Of a DNA stretch of 59,503 nt, positions 33,491 through 43,787 are shown piece after piece. This DNA is from Eubacteriales bacterium. GTDB taxonomy: Bacteria; Bacillota; Clostridia; Oscillospirales; CAG-272. The notes under the pieces were generated by a model. It was not told the origin of the DNA and searched no databases. It was given only the letters and a program-made list of their open reading frames with translations. Both the position numbers and the translations under genes were made by a program. The DNA lies in NCBI GenBank assembly GCA_045535205.1, contig JAZSLF010000141.1:1-59503 (forward strand), in the 5' to 3' direction. Within the stretch, counting starts at the first letter, position 1; every line of letters begins with the position of its first letter.

Positions 33491-34486
33491 ATGTCTAATA
33501 ATGTACAGGTCAGCATTATTTGTACCGCATATAATCATGAGAAGTACATCAGACAATGTCTTGATGGGTTTGTGATGCAAAAAGATGTCACATTTGAGAT
33601 CATTATTCACGATGATGCCTCGACCGACAAGACCGCTGAAATAATACGTGAATATGAAAAGAACTTTCCGGACTTGTTTAAGCCGATTTATCAAACGGAA
33701 AATCAGCATTCGAAACATATTGATCTTATAAAAGAACATATGATCCCGCTTGTTACCGGCAAGTATGTTGCTTTATGCGAAAGTGATGACTATTGGACAG
33801 ATCCGTACAAACTCAAAAAACAGTTTGATGCTCTTGAATCAAATCCGGATTGCTTTTTGTGCGTTCATAAAGTAAATGTAATAAACGAAAACGGAACGGA
33901 AATAGGATATACTTGTCCCAGAGAGGACATTCAAACATCCGTGCTTCCGCTGGGATATATTTGCACGAATTATCCTAACGCAAAATATATACATACAAGC
34001 AGCTTTTTCTTAAAAGCGGATAATTACAAGGATTTTCGTTTGAATCCACCACGATTCAGAAAAGTTGCGCCTGTCGGTGATATCCCTACTCTTTTATATT
34101 TTACTTCTCTTGGAAAAGCTTACTATCTCAACGAAACCATGTCTCATTACCGTTTTATGAGCTTGGGAAGCTGGTCTTTCAGAAATCAAAATGACGCAGA
34201 GAAAGAAAAAAGACACCGTGAAATAAATATAAAAATGAAAAATATGTTCGTTGAATATTGTGCTTTTGCCAAAGAGAACAATCTGAGCTTTTCCTTAGGA
34301 AAAATCGAACAGGAAATTGCCGATCTCAAATTAAGCGAGTATTGGTATTGCAGAGAAAATAATGATTACGCATCTATATTCAATGAATTTACTGTAAAAG
34401 AACTCAAAGAATTCGGTCTGAATACAAAAGCATTGATCAGAATGAAATTGCATATGATGTTTCCAAAAATGTTCAAATCCAAATAA
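33491..34486 (+). CDS. Family 2 glycosyltransferase
   Basis: VSIICTAYNHEKYIRQCLDG...IIIHDDASTDKT... and CESDDYW (DxD-like). Confidence 0.85.
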   Translation: MSNNVQVSIICTAYNHEKYIRQCLDGFVMQKDVTFEIIIHDDASTDKTAEIIREYEKNFPDLFKPIYQTENQHSKHIDLIKEHMIPLVTGKYVALCESDDYWTDPYKLKKQFDALESNPDCFLCVHKVNVINENGTEIGYTCPREDIQTSVLPLGYICTNYPNAKYIHTSSFFLKADNYKDFRLNPPRFRKVAPVGDIPTLLYFTSLGKAYYLNETMSHYRFMSLGSWSFRNQNDAEKEKRHREINIKMKNMFVEYCAFAKENNLSFSLGKIEQEIADLKLSEYWYCRENNDYASIFNEFTVKELKEFGLNTKALIRMKLHMMFPKMFKSK

Positions 34487-34600
34487 ATTCAAACATCTAA
34501 TTTATAAAAACTACCGAGTGAATATCATAAAAATGTTTATTATTCATTCTTTGGCTTTCATTCTGTATTATTCAAAAATTCAACTAAAGAGAGAAATGAT

Positions 34601-35866
34601 ATGCAAAATTTCCAAGATAAAAAAATTCTTGTATTAGGCGGAGCATCCTTTCATTTAAAGCTGATAAATGCGGCTCATGAAATGGAAGCATATGTCATTG
34701 TAACTGACAATTTGCCGTACGAAAAATCACCGGGAAAACAAATTGCAGATGAATTTTGGGATATCAACATTTATGATATTCAAGGAATTGTTAATAAAGC
34801 CAAAGAGGTAGGAGTGGAGGCAGTCATTTCCGGATGGCTCGATCCCTGTCAGAGACCCTATGCCGAAATATGCAAAAAACTTGATCTGCCTTGTTACGGG
34901 ACACCAGAACAATTCTTTAATATGACTGATAAGCACGCTTTTAAAGAAATGTGCCGTCAATACGGAGTTGATACTATTTCCGAGTATACTGTTGAAAACA
35001 TCCTGGAAGACCGTGCTGAGTATCCTTTATTTGTAAAGCCGGTTGACAGCAGAGGCTCCCGAGGTCAGTCGGTATGCCGGAACAAAGAGGATGCAATAAA
35101 AGCAATAGATTTTGCAAAAAGCGAATCATCAAACGGTGATATTTTAATAGAAAAGTATATTCGTGGCAGTCAGGAGTTTCACGTTACCTATTTTTTCATT
35201 GATGGAGAACCTCATCTGCTGAGAACAAGCGATAACTATTGCGGATCAGAGGAAATGCACATGGAAAAAGTGGTATCATGCGCCGTCATGCCTTCGAGCT
35301 ATACCGATAAGTATCTGAAAGAAGCACACCCGAAGGTCGTAGAAATGTTTAAAAAGCTTGGCATAAAGTACGGTCCTATATTTATGCAGGGCTTCTACGA
35401 TGACGGTAAGTTTAAATTTTTCGATCCCGGATTGCGTTTCCCCGGGGTTGATTATGAACTGATATATAAAAAAGTATTTGGTGCAGATTTGATGAAGGCA
35501 ATGGTGCAGATCGCATTTACAGGAAAATGTGACACCGTAATTCCGCAGGAAGGCGTTTGGTTGAAAGGAAATAGAGCCTCAGTATTATATTTAACAGTTA
35601 AAGCCGGCCGCATTTCAAAAATATTTGGCGAAGACTACATTAAATCGAGTGCAAACGTCATTTCATACTTGCCCCGTTGTAAAGAAGGCGATACGATCGA
35701 ATGGAATTACAACGTAAATCAAAGACTTGCCGAAATTGATCTTTTAGCACAGTCAACTGAAGAATTGATCGAAGTAATAGACTTTGTAAATAACTCTGTT
35801 ACCGCTTTAGACGATAATGGAAACGATTTGATCTTTTCAAGATTTGATACAAGCAGAGTAAAATGA
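34601..35866 (+). CDS. ATP-grasp domain ligase
   Basis: KILVLGGASFHLKLINAAHEM..., PLFVKPVDSRGSRGQSV and LIEKYIRGSQEFHV fit the ATP-grasp fold pattern. Confidence 0.7.
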   Translation: MQNFQDKKILVLGGASFHLKLINAAHEMEAYVIVTDNLPYEKSPGKQIADEFWDINIYDIQGIVNKAKEVGVEAVISGWLDPCQRPYAEICKKLDLPCYGTPEQFFNMTDKHAFKEMCRQYGVDTISEYTVENILEDRAEYPLFVKPVDSRGSRGQSVCRNKEDAIKAIDFAKSESSNGDILIEKYIRGSQEFHVTYFFIDGEPHLLRTSDNYCGSEEMHMEKVVSCAVMPSSYTDKYLKEAHPKVVEMFKKLGIKYGPIFMQGFYDDGKFKFFDPGLRFPGVDYELIYKKVFGADLMKAMVQIAFTGKCDTVIPQEGVWLKGNRASVLYLTVKAGRISKIFGEDYIKSSANVISYLPRCKEGDTIEWNYNVNQRLAEIDLLAQSTEELIEVIDFVNNSVTALDDNGNDLIFSRFDTSRVK

Positions 35867-35914
35867 ATATTTTCTTGAGAATCTAATTTTAAATATATTA
35901 TTTGGGAAAGAAAT

Positions 35915-37027
35915 ATGGAACTTAAAATTACAGACAATGTACATGAAATGATTGATATTGGCAAACAAATAATTGCTGATAAATCAGATATTTATACGCC
36001 TTTAATGCTGGCGACTCTGGATGCTTCTATTAAACACTATAATACCGACAAAGAGTTTTCAAATGAAGAACTTCTGTACAAATCAGTCTATGATTACTGG
36101 GTATACGGTAACAGCTGTGATGAAGAGTTCTACTATGATTTTGTTCACAAATCCCATTTGGAAAAGTCGGAATATATGACATTCCGATTAAGAGAACGTT
36201 ATTGCCGCCGTATCAATCGCAAAGAAGATGCAGAGTTATTTGTTGATAAATATAAGTCCTTCCTTCGTTTCCAAAAATACTATAAACGAGATGTTATTCA
36301 AATAAACGACAACAAGGACTATGACACTTTTGTTGAATTTGTCAAAAAGCACCCGTCGTTTGTTGTAAAGCCTAAGGATATGGCTTTTGGTGTTGGCGTA
36401 TATCTGGTGAAAGAAACAGAATATTCAGATTACCGAACTCTATTTGACGGTATCAGAAAAAAAGGACAAATGACTCAAAAAGAGGTTGTGTGGGCAAAGT
36501 CTGATTCTATCGTTTTGGAAGAAGTAATCGAACAAGATGAAGCATTTGCACGCTTTCATCCGTATTCAGTAAACGGTGTGCGGGTTACAACGCTAAAAGT
36601 AAATGGAGAAGTTATAATATACCATCCGTGGTTAAAGGTTGGAGCAAACCGACAGTTTGTCACAAGTGCTGTTTTTGGAACGATGGATGCCGGAATAGAT
36701 CCCAAAAGCGGTATTGTCGAAACAAATGGATTCAAAGAAAACGGTGAAAATTATGAATTTCATCCCGACACCGGTATAAAGATTCCCGGATTTGTAGTTC
36801 CCAAATGGAATGAGCTTGTCGAAATGGCGACAGAAGTAGCAATGTCCCTTGATACAACTAACTATGTAGGATGGGATTTTGTACTGACACCGAACGGTTG
36901 GTGTATCATGGAAGCTAATTTCGACGGGGATTTCATGTGGCAATTGTTTTATCAAAAAGGTATGAAGAAAGAATTTGAGAATCTTATTGGATGGAAATAC
37001 GATAAGCAATTTTGGTGGGAAAAATAA
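35915..37027 (+). CDS. TupA-like (sugar-transfer-associated) ATP-grasp protein
   Basis: SFVVKPKDMAFGVGVYLV..., LEEVIEQDE and GWDFVLTPNGWCIMEAN fit the pattern of the TupA-like ATP-grasp family. Confidence 0.6.
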   Translation: MELKITDNVHEMIDIGKQIIADKSDIYTPLMLATLDASIKHYNTDKEFSNEELLYKSVYDYWVYGNSCDEEFYYDFVHKSHLEKSEYMTFRLRERYCRRINRKEDAELFVDKYKSFLRFQKYYKRDVIQINDNKDYDTFVEFVKKHPSFVVKPKDMAFGVGVYLVKETEYSDYRTLFDGIRKKGQMTQKEVVWAKSDSIVLEEVIEQDEAFARFHPYSVNGVRVTTLKVNGEVIIYHPWLKVGANRQFVTSAVFGTMDAGIDPKSGIVETNGFKENGENYEFHPDTGIKIPGFVVPKWNELVEMATEVAMSLDTTNYVGWDFVLTPNGWCIMEANFDGDFMWQLFYQKGMKKEFENLIGWKYDKQFWWEK

Positions 37028-37041
37028 GGAGACAAGTGAAA

Positions 37042-38181
37042 ATGACTGGTAGAATCGATTTCCTATATTTAAACGAAAAAGACATGATCTATGCAGGGGT
37101 TACTGATATGCCTCGCTGTGTTATAGCTATGGAAGATATGTTTGCCCTTTTATATAAAGGAGACTACCGCATGGGCGGAGATGATGCTAATGAACACGGT
37201 GTTAGAGTATCATTTCCTAAAGCATCGGATATAGAAGGGATGCCCCTTCATGCCCCTGACTACAGATTTATGGCAATGCCGGCGTACCTTGGAGGGCGTT
37301 TTCACATGTTCGGAATAAAATCATATGGTTCTCACCATACCAACAAAGATAAAGGACTTCCCCGTTCTATTCTAATGATGTCCTTAATGGATATTGATAC
37401 AGGTGCCCCTATTGCTTATATGTCGGCAAATTTACTCAGCGCAATGCGTACTGCGGCAACTGCAGGAGTCGGAACTAAATATTTAAGCAATAAAAATCCT
37501 AAAGTGCTCGGTATAATAGGTCCTGGAGTTATGTCTACATATACTCTTGATGCAATAATGGTTACTCAGCCCGGAATCACAACTCTCAAAGTAAAGGGAC
37601 GAGGAAAAGCAAGTCTTGATAAGTTTGTAGATAATGCGAAAAAGAAGTATCCTACTATTGAGAATATCATCGTATGCGATTCCATCGAAGATACTTGCCG
37701 CAATTCCGATATAATTTATTTCGGCACTACGAATGCAGCCAAATTTGAAGATAACCCACGCATTGAACAAGAGTGGGTCAAAAAAGGTGCTCTCGTAATA
37801 AGTGCATCATCTTTGCTGATATCGACCGATTTCCTTTCCGCCCCCGGAGTAAAGCTCGTAGCCGACAATTATCTTATGTATGAGGGATGGGGTGCGGGAC
37901 GTCCTTTCCCGACACAGAAAAACGTATCAACTCTTCTTGGCATGGGCTTTTATGATGCCGTATGCGAAAAAAAGATCGACCGAGCTCAGATAGCCGATAT
38001 GGGCGGCATACTGCTTGGCGTACAGTCCGGAAGAGAAAACGAAGAACAGATAATTGTTTATGCCGTCGGCGGAATGCCTGTAGAAGACGTTGCATGGGCA
38101 TACGATGTATACCAAAATGCCATTGAAAAAGGAATAGGCACACAGCTTAATCTTTGGAACGAACCCGAGTTAATGAAGTAA
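37042..38181 (+). CDS. Ornithine cyclodeaminase / mu-crystallin family enzyme
   Basis: SAMRTAATAGVGTKYLS... and the Rossmann motif LGIIGPGVMS. The start is ATG 37042, preceded by AAGGAGA. The ORF-track start at 37012 overlaps the upstream gene. Confidence 0.7.
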   Translation: MTGRIDFLYLNEKDMIYAGVTDMPRCVIAMEDMFALLYKGDYRMGGDDANEHGVRVSFPKASDIEGMPLHAPDYRFMAMPAYLGGRFHMFGIKSYGSHHTNKDKGLPRSILMMSLMDIDTGAPIAYMSANLLSAMRTAATAGVGTKYLSNKNPKVLGIIGPGVMSTYTLDAIMVTQPGITTLKVKGRGKASLDKFVDNAKKKYPTIENIIVCDSIEDTCRNSDIIYFGTTNAAKFEDNPRIEQEWVKKGALVISASSLLISTDFLSAPGVKLVADNYLMYEGWGAGRPFPTQKNVSTLLGMGFYDAVCEKKIDRAQIADMGGILLGVQSGRENEEQIIVYAVGGMPVEDVAWAYDVYQNAIEKGIGTQLNLWNEPELMK

Positions 38182-38255
38182 TTATACATCTATGTATTTT
38201 AACTGTATTATAAAAAATGTCCTATTGATATCTGATTGACAAAAAGGAAAAAGAT

Positions 38256-39668
38256 ATGTCAAAAAAGAACAGTTTCAACAAAGTAATGAATTCGCTTGAT
38301 GTCTTAGTGCTTGCCTTCGGAGCAATGATCGGTTGGGGGTGGGTAGTATCATCGGGCAGATGGATACAAAACGCCGGTGTTATCGGTACGGTAATTGGCT
38401 TTATTATCGGCGGCATAATGATATATTTTGTCGGTATGACATATGCTGAGCTGACCCCCGCAATGCCCAACGTCGGAGGAGAACACGTCTTCAGCTACAG
38501 AGCTTTCGGCAGCACCGGATCTTTTATATGCACATGGGCTTTGATCCTCAGTTATATAGGTGTTGTTTGCTTTGAAGCAGCTTCTCTGCCAGCTATAATA
38601 CAGTATATATTTCCGTCATTTTCCAAGGTTTATTTATATACGATCTCGGGATCCGATGTATATCTTACAGGAATACTTCTCTCTTCTGTATTTACGATTA
38701 GCATTATTATTATAAATATTCTTGGGATCAAGGCTGCATCAATTTTTCAAACTATTCTCACAGTTATAATTGCAGTTGTCGGAATCGTTTTGGTAATTAC
38801 TTCAGCATTAAACGGTTCAAGGACTAATCTTAATGATCAGGTTATAATCGGCGAGGGTATCGAATCAATTAAAAATATTCTTTCTGTTGCAGTTGTGGCA
38901 CCGTTTTTTCTGCTCGGATTTGATGTTATTCCACAGGTGGCAGAAGAGATCAATATTCCTCTGAAAAAGATTGCAAAGATCTTGTTGCTTTCTATCATTT
39001 GTGCCGTTGTTTTCTACGGATTAGTCGTATTTGCGATCGGATATGCACTAAATGCAGAAGAAATAGCAAATTCCATGAACGAGTCCGGTCTAGCAGCAGC
39101 CTCCGCAATGGAAAAAGTGTTCAACAGCACGGTAATGGCAAAGATACTTATTATCGGTGGTCTTTGCGGCGTGGTCACAAGCTGGAATTCTTTTCTGATA
39201 GGCGGAAGCAGAGCGATTTTTTCTATGGCAGAAGCCAAAATGATACCGGGGAGGTTTTCCAATCTTCAGAGTAAATACAAAACTCCTGTTAATGCTTTGC
39301 TTTTAATCGGTGTTCTTTCATTTGCGGCTCCGTTCTTCGGAAAAACTGTGCTTGTCTGGATATCCGATGCAGCTGCCTTTGCATGTTGTCTCGCATATTG
39401 TATGGTTTCAATGTCATTCCTTATACTAAGAAAAAAAGATCCTAAAATGGCAAGACCTTTCAAAGTAAAGCATTATAGATTTGTGGGAATTAGTGCAACA
39501 GTTTTATCGGGACTTATGGTTCTCCTGTTTCTGATACCCGGCACAGGCAGCACGCTTACATATCAAGAATGGATAATAGTCGGCGGTTGGACTATTCTCG
39601 GAATAATTTTTTATGTAATATGTAAAAAGCACTACAAAAAAGATTTCGGCAAAATAAAGCTCGATTGA
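38256..39668 (+). CDS. APC-superfamily amino-acid permease
   Basis: About 12 hydrophobic helices, 470 aa. The N-terminus is LDVLVLAFGAMIGWGWVV. Confidence 0.8.
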   Translation: MSKKNSFNKVMNSLDVLVLAFGAMIGWGWVVSSGRWIQNAGVIGTVIGFIIGGIMIYFVGMTYAELTPAMPNVGGEHVFSYRAFGSTGSFICTWALILSYIGVVCFEAASLPAIIQYIFPSFSKVYLYTISGSDVYLTGILLSSVFTISIIIINILGIKAASIFQTILTVIIAVVGIVLVITSALNGSRTNLNDQVIIGEGIESIKNILSVAVVAPFFLLGFDVIPQVAEEINIPLKKIAKILLLSIICAVVFYGLVVFAIGYALNAEEIANSMNESGLAAASAMEKVFNSTVMAKILIIGGLCGVVTSWNSFLIGGSRAIFSMAEAKMIPGRFSNLQSKYKTPVNALLLIGVLSFAAPFFGKTVLVWISDAAAFACCLAYCMVSMSFLILRKKDPKMARPFKVKHYRFVGISATVLSGLMVLLFLIPGTGSTLTYQEWIIVGGWTILGIIFYVICKKHYKKDFGKIKLD

Positions 39669-39773
39669 CATTTTGACCGTTGCAACGAATAACATTCTGC
39701 AAAAGATGTGTTGCAACGATAAAAAACGTAACAATTCAAAAATTCAGGTTAGTATTTATCAAAAATAAAAATT

Positions 39774-40880
39774 ATGGAAAAAATCATCCAAGTTACACGT
39801 TCTTCAATGCCTTCTTATGAAGAATACTGCGAAGAGATTAAAAAATTATGGGACAGCCGTTGGCTGACAAATTCAGGAGTGGAACATAAGCAATTGCAGA
39901 CAGATCTGGAGAAATTTCTCGGCTGTCCAAACGTTGTTTTATATACCAACGGGCATCTTGCACTTGAAAATATATTAAGTGCATTTGCTTTTCCTACAGG
40001 AAGCGAAGTGATCACAACTCCGTTTACATTTGCGTCAACAACTCATTCAATAGTCAGATGCGGTCTGACACCGGTTTTCTGCGATGTTCGTGAAGATGAT
40101 TATACTATTGATGCAGACAAGCTCGAAGAGCTGATCACCGAAAAGACGGTAGCTATCGTCCCCGTTCACGTTTACGGAAATATCTGTGACGTTGAGAAAA
40201 TAAAGAATATAGCTGACAAGCATAACCTTAAGGTTATCTATGATGCTGCACATGCTTTTGCAGTCAAATATAATGGGGTATCTTCCGCTAATTTCGGCGA
40301 CGCTTCAATGTTTTCATTCCACGCAACGAAGGTTTTCAATACTATAGAAGGCGGTGCAATTTGTTTAAAAGACTCTTCTCTTGTTGATACATTGAACAGC
40401 CTGAAAAACTTCGGAATAACCAGTCCCGATGACGTAGCTTTTGTCGGCGGCAATGCAAAGATGAACGAGTTCCAGGCGGCAATGGGAATATGTAATCTTC
40501 GTCACATTAATGAAGAAATTGCAAAAAGAAAAGCTGTCGTTGAACGTTATCGGGAACACTTAGACGGAGTGAACGGTATAAAGCTTTCTCCTATTCAAAA
40601 GGGCGTTGAATCAAACTTCGCATATTTCCCGGTCGTTTTTGACAACTTCAAATATTCCCGTGATGATATATTTGAAAAGCTGAAAAAAGAAAACATTTTT
40701 GCAAGAAAGTATTTTTATCCGCTGACAAACAGCTTTGAATGTTACAAAAATTTAAGTATGGCAGGAGCGAATAAAACTCCCGTAGCAAAGTACATTGCAG
40801 AACGTGTTCTTACTCTTCCGTTGTATGCTGATCTTACTCTCGAAGAGGTTGAACTGATTTGCAACACTGTTTTATATTAG
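39774..40880 (+). CDS. DegT/DnrJ/EryC1/StrS-family sugar aminotransferase (PLP-dependent)
   Basis: ...NGHLALENIL..., DAAHAF and FSFHATKVFNTIEGGA (PLP-lysine context). Confidence 0.85.
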   Translation: MEKIIQVTRSSMPSYEEYCEEIKKLWDSRWLTNSGVEHKQLQTDLEKFLGCPNVVLYTNGHLALENILSAFAFPTGSEVITTPFTFASTTHSIVRCGLTPVFCDVREDDYTIDADKLEELITEKTVAIVPVHVYGNICDVEKIKNIADKHNLKVIYDAAHAFAVKYNGVSSANFGDASMFSFHATKVFNTIEGGAICLKDSSLVDTLNSLKNFGITSPDDVAFVGGNAKMNEFQAAMGICNLRHINEEIAKRKAVVERYREHLDGVNGIKLSPIQKGVESNFAYFPVVFDNFKYSRDDIFEKLKKENIFARKYFYPLTNSFECYKNLSMAGANKTPVAKYIAERVLTLPLYADLTLEEVELICNTVLY

Positions 40881-40924
40881 TTATCCACTGTCTATGATTA
40901 TTATTCGGAGGTTAAAAACTAAAT

Positions 40925-41785
40925 ATGAAAGGCATTATTCTTGCAGGCGGTAAAGGAACCCGCCTTTATCCCATCACAAAAGCGGTTTCAAAGCAGTTGC
41001 TCCCTATCTACGACAAACCGATGATCTATTATCCTTTATCAATACTTCTTTTGGCTAAAATAAGGGATATTTTGATCATTTCTACCCCTGAAGACACTCC
41101 GATATATGAGCAACTTCTCGGCGACGGAAAACGTATCGGTATAAACATTTCATACAAGGTTCAAGAAACTCCGAGAGGTCTTGCAGATGCGTTTATTCTG
41201 GGAGAAGAGTTTATCGGCGACGACAGTGTGTGCCTGATTCTCGGAGACAATATATTCTATGGAACCGATATGACGAAATTGCTTAACAAATCAATATCGG
41301 AAAATGTCGGAGCTACTATATTCGGTTATCCTGTCAACAATCCCCATGCATTCGGAATTGTAGAATTTGATAAAAACAATAACGTTATATCTATTGAAGA
41401 AAAGCCTGAGCATCCAAAATCCAATTATGCTGTTCCGGGACTGTATTTCTACAATAATGATGTCGTTGAAATTGCAAAGAATGTTAAACCAAGTGCAAGA
41501 GGAGAAATTGAAATAACTGCTGTTAACAACGAGTATCTGAAACGTGGACAACTTAAAGTCACTCTTCTGCCGCGCGGAACAGCCTGGCTTGATACCGGTA
41601 CTCCATACGGTATGCTGAAAGCCGGAGAATTCGTTGAAGTTGTTCAAGAACGACAGGGATTTTATATTTCTTGCATTGAGGAGATAGCCTACCGTCGAGG
41701 ATTTATCACACTCGAAGAGCTTCATGCTCTCGGTGAGGAGATTAAAATGACCGATTACGGAAAGTATCTGCTCTCATTAAGCTGA
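40925..41785 (+). CDS. rfbA: Glucose-1-phosphate thymidylyltransferase
   Basis: [39 protein letters not shown] is the canonical RmlA N-terminus. Confidence 0.92.
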   Translation: MKGIILAGGKGTRLYPITKAVSKQLLPIYDKPMIYYPLSILLLAKIRDILIISTPEDTPIYEQLLGDGKRIGINISYKVQETPRGLADAFILGEEFIGDDSVCLILGDNIFYGTDMTKLLNKSISENVGATIFGYPVNNPHAFGIVEFDKNNNVISIEEKPEHPKSNYAVPGLYFYNNDVVEIAKNVKPSARGEIEITAVNNEYLKRGQLKVTLLPRGTAWLDTGTPYGMLKAGEFVEVVQERQGFYISCIEEIAYRRGFITLEELHALGEEIKMTDYGKYLLSLS

Positions 41786-41824
41786 TATGATCAATTAACA
41801 CAAATACGTATTAGAGGAAAAATT

Positions 41825-42844
41825 ATGAAAATTCTTGTAACCGGCGGTGCCGGATTTATCGGAAGCAATTTTGCTTATTATATGCTTGACAAATATCCGG
41901 ATTACGAAATAACCGTACTGGACAAGCTGACATATGCGGGAAATCTTCATACGCTGTCGGAAGCTATGAAAAATCCAAAGTTTTCTTTTGTGAAGGGCGA
42001 TATTACGGACAGAGAATTTGTCTTTGGCCTTTTTGAAGAAAAAAACTTTGATATTGTTGTGAACTTTGCGGCTGAGAGTCATGTGGACCGTTCAATTCTT
42101 GAGCCGGAAGTATTTCTAAAAACAAATATTTTAGGAACACAGGTGCTTCTTGATGCTTCAAGAAAATACGGTGTTAAAAGATACCATCAGGTTTCCACCG
42201 ATGAAGTTTACGGGGATCTTCCTCTTGACAGAACAGACCTGTTTTTCACGGAAGAAACACCTATACATACGTCAAGCCCCTATTCTGCAAGTAAGGCTTC
42301 CGCTGACCTTTTGGTGCTTGCATACCACCGCACCTACGGAACGCCCGTAACCATATCCCGTTGTTCAAACAATTACGGACCTTATCATTTTCCCGAAAAG
42401 CTTATTCCCCTTATGATAATCAACGCAGTTCACGATAAGGCTCTGCCTGTTTACGGAGAAGGCATTAACGTCCGTGACTGGCTGTATGTTGAAGACCATT
42501 GTTCCGCTATAGATCTTATCATCCACAACGGAAAAGAAGGGGAGATATACAATGTCGGCGGTCACAATGAAATGAGAAACATTGACGTTGTAAAGCTTAT
42601 AATTGAAGCTCTCGGCAAAAGTGAAGATCTTATCACCTTTGTAAAAGACCGTGCAGGGCACGATTTAAGGTATGCTATAGATCCCACAAAGATACATAAC
42701 GAGCTTGGATGGCTCCCTGCCACTCCCTTTAAAGAAGGCATTAAAAAAACTATCGATTGGTATCTCGGTAACAGAGATTGGTGGCAAAGCATCATAAGCG
42801 GCGAGTATCAGGATTATTACGATACAATGTATAAGGATAGATAA
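41825..42844 (+). CDS. rfbB: dTDP-glucose 4,6-dehydratase
   Basis: MKILVTGGAGFIGSNF..., STDEVYG and YSASKASADLL (YxxxK). Confidence 0.92.
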   Translation: MKILVTGGAGFIGSNFAYYMLDKYPDYEITVLDKLTYAGNLHTLSEAMKNPKFSFVKGDITDREFVFGLFEEKNFDIVVNFAAESHVDRSILEPEVFLKTNILGTQVLLDASRKYGVKRYHQVSTDEVYGDLPLDRTDLFFTEETPIHTSSPYSASKASADLLVLAYHRTYGTPVTISRCSNNYGPYHFPEKLIPLMIINAVHDKALPVYGEGINVRDWLYVEDHCSAIDLIIHNGKEGEIYNVGGHNEMRNIDVVKLIIEALGKSEDLITFVKDRAGHDLRYAIDPTKIHNELGWLPATPFKEGIKKTIDWYLGNRDWWQSIISGEYQDYYDTMYKDR

Positions 42845-42855
42845 AAACGGCCATT

Positions 42856-42985
42856 TGCGTCGCAGACGCAACTTCATTGGCGAAGCCACTTCATTTTGTG
42901 TCCGCAAGCGGACAATGATGTTCGAGCTGAAGCTCGAAATGAAGTTGACCGCTTGCGGTCAAACGAGGTTGTGTCCTGCGGACAC
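42856..42985. repeat. Cluster of five to six short GC-rich hairpins with interspersed ACTTCATT/AATGAAGT words (REP-like element)
   Basis: The hairpins are TGCGTC-GCA-GACGCA, GGC-GAA-GCC, TGTCCGC-AA-GCGGACA, TTCGAGC-TGA-AGCTCGAA, TGACCGC-TT-GCGGTCA and GTGTCC-TGC-GGACAC. ACTTCATT occurs twice and its complement once. Confidence 0.6.
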
Positions 42986-43000
42986 AAACACAAAAAATAA

Positions 43001-43030
43001 GGGACTGTCGGAACAGTCCCTTTATTTTTT
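43001..43030 (+). terminator. Rho-independent terminator of the rfbB operon
   Basis: GGGACTG-TCGGAA-CAGTCCC followed by TTTATTTTTT. Confidence 0.85.
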
Positions 43031-43105
43031 GGAGCTACTACCGGGATTCGGACCCGGGACCTCGTCATTACCAATGACGTGCTCTGCCAACTGAGCCATA
43101 GTAGC
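43030..43105 (-). tRNA. tRNA-Thr (anticodon GGT), CCA encoded
   Basis: The reverse complement is GCTACTA-TG-GCTC-AGTTGGC-AGAGC-A-CGTCA-TTGGTAA-TGACG-AGGTC-CCGGG-TCCGAAT-CCCGG-TAGTAGC-T-CCA. 76 nt. Confidence 0.9.
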
Positions 43106-43139
43106 ACTTTTACAGTATGCTAATTATAGCAAACTTTCA

Positions 43140-43655
43140 CTATGTTGTCAAGTCGTTTTTCTGCAAAATAATGTCGGTGAGAAAAAAAGTTCTTTCACCC
43201 TCGTAGGCTATGGAAACAGGCATGGCATCTTTGTTTACGGAAACGGTGTATGCTCCGTTTTCTGCTGTTACCGTATAGACTGTATTTGAGCTTTCGTCTT
43301 TTGTCATTGACACTATGCTTTCGGGGGAAAGTCTGAAGGCATCGAAGACGGGGTCAAGTCTTGAGGAAAGGCTTGGAGACAAGGGAATTCTTACGCTGTC
43401 GGAAACGGCGAAGACAGAGTCCCCTTCTTCGCAAAAGCATATTCCCGCTATGCTTTCGGGCTCCTTTATCTCAATGACAGCTCCCGTTTCACCGTAACGT
43501 ATTTCAATTCCAAACACACCTTCGGATGCTTCAAACAGAGCTGAGACGGACGAAAGCTCATTCTGATAATCGAAAAGAACCCTGCTGCTGTCGGCACAGC
43601 CGCCAATTAACGCACATATTATAATTAATGCTGAAAAAAAACATATCTTTTTCAT
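43140..43655 (-). CDS. Lipoprotein, unknown function
   Basis: A signal peptide with lipobox LIGGC is present. 171 aa. Confidence 0.65.
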   Translation of the reverse strand: MKKICFFSALIIICALIGGCADSSRVLFDYQNELSSVSALFEASEGVFGIEIRYGETGAVIEIKEPESIAGICFCEEGDSVFAVSDSVRIPLSPSLSSRLDPVFDAFRLSPESIVSMTKDESSNTVYTVTAENGAYTVSVNKDAMPVSIAYEGERTFFLTDIILQKNDLTT

Positions 43656-43787
43656 GAATTCTCCGTTTTATGTTTTATTTGCGATACACGAGAACCTCAG
43701 ACAGACGAGTCTGTTTGGAGATCCCTTAAAAAAACACCGCCGCACTAATAATTATGCGACGGTGATTCTTTTTATTCTCAGGATAAG

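Noticed and set aside
42856-42985. Possible CRISPR array
   Set aside because: The hairpin stems differ from one another, there are no constant repeats of 24 nt or more with unique spacers, and there are no cas genes.
42855-43094. 79-aa ORF (MRRRRNFIGEATSFCVRKRT...)
   Set aside because: It is a translation of the hairpin array, the terminator and the antisense of tRNA-Thr, so it is not a gene.
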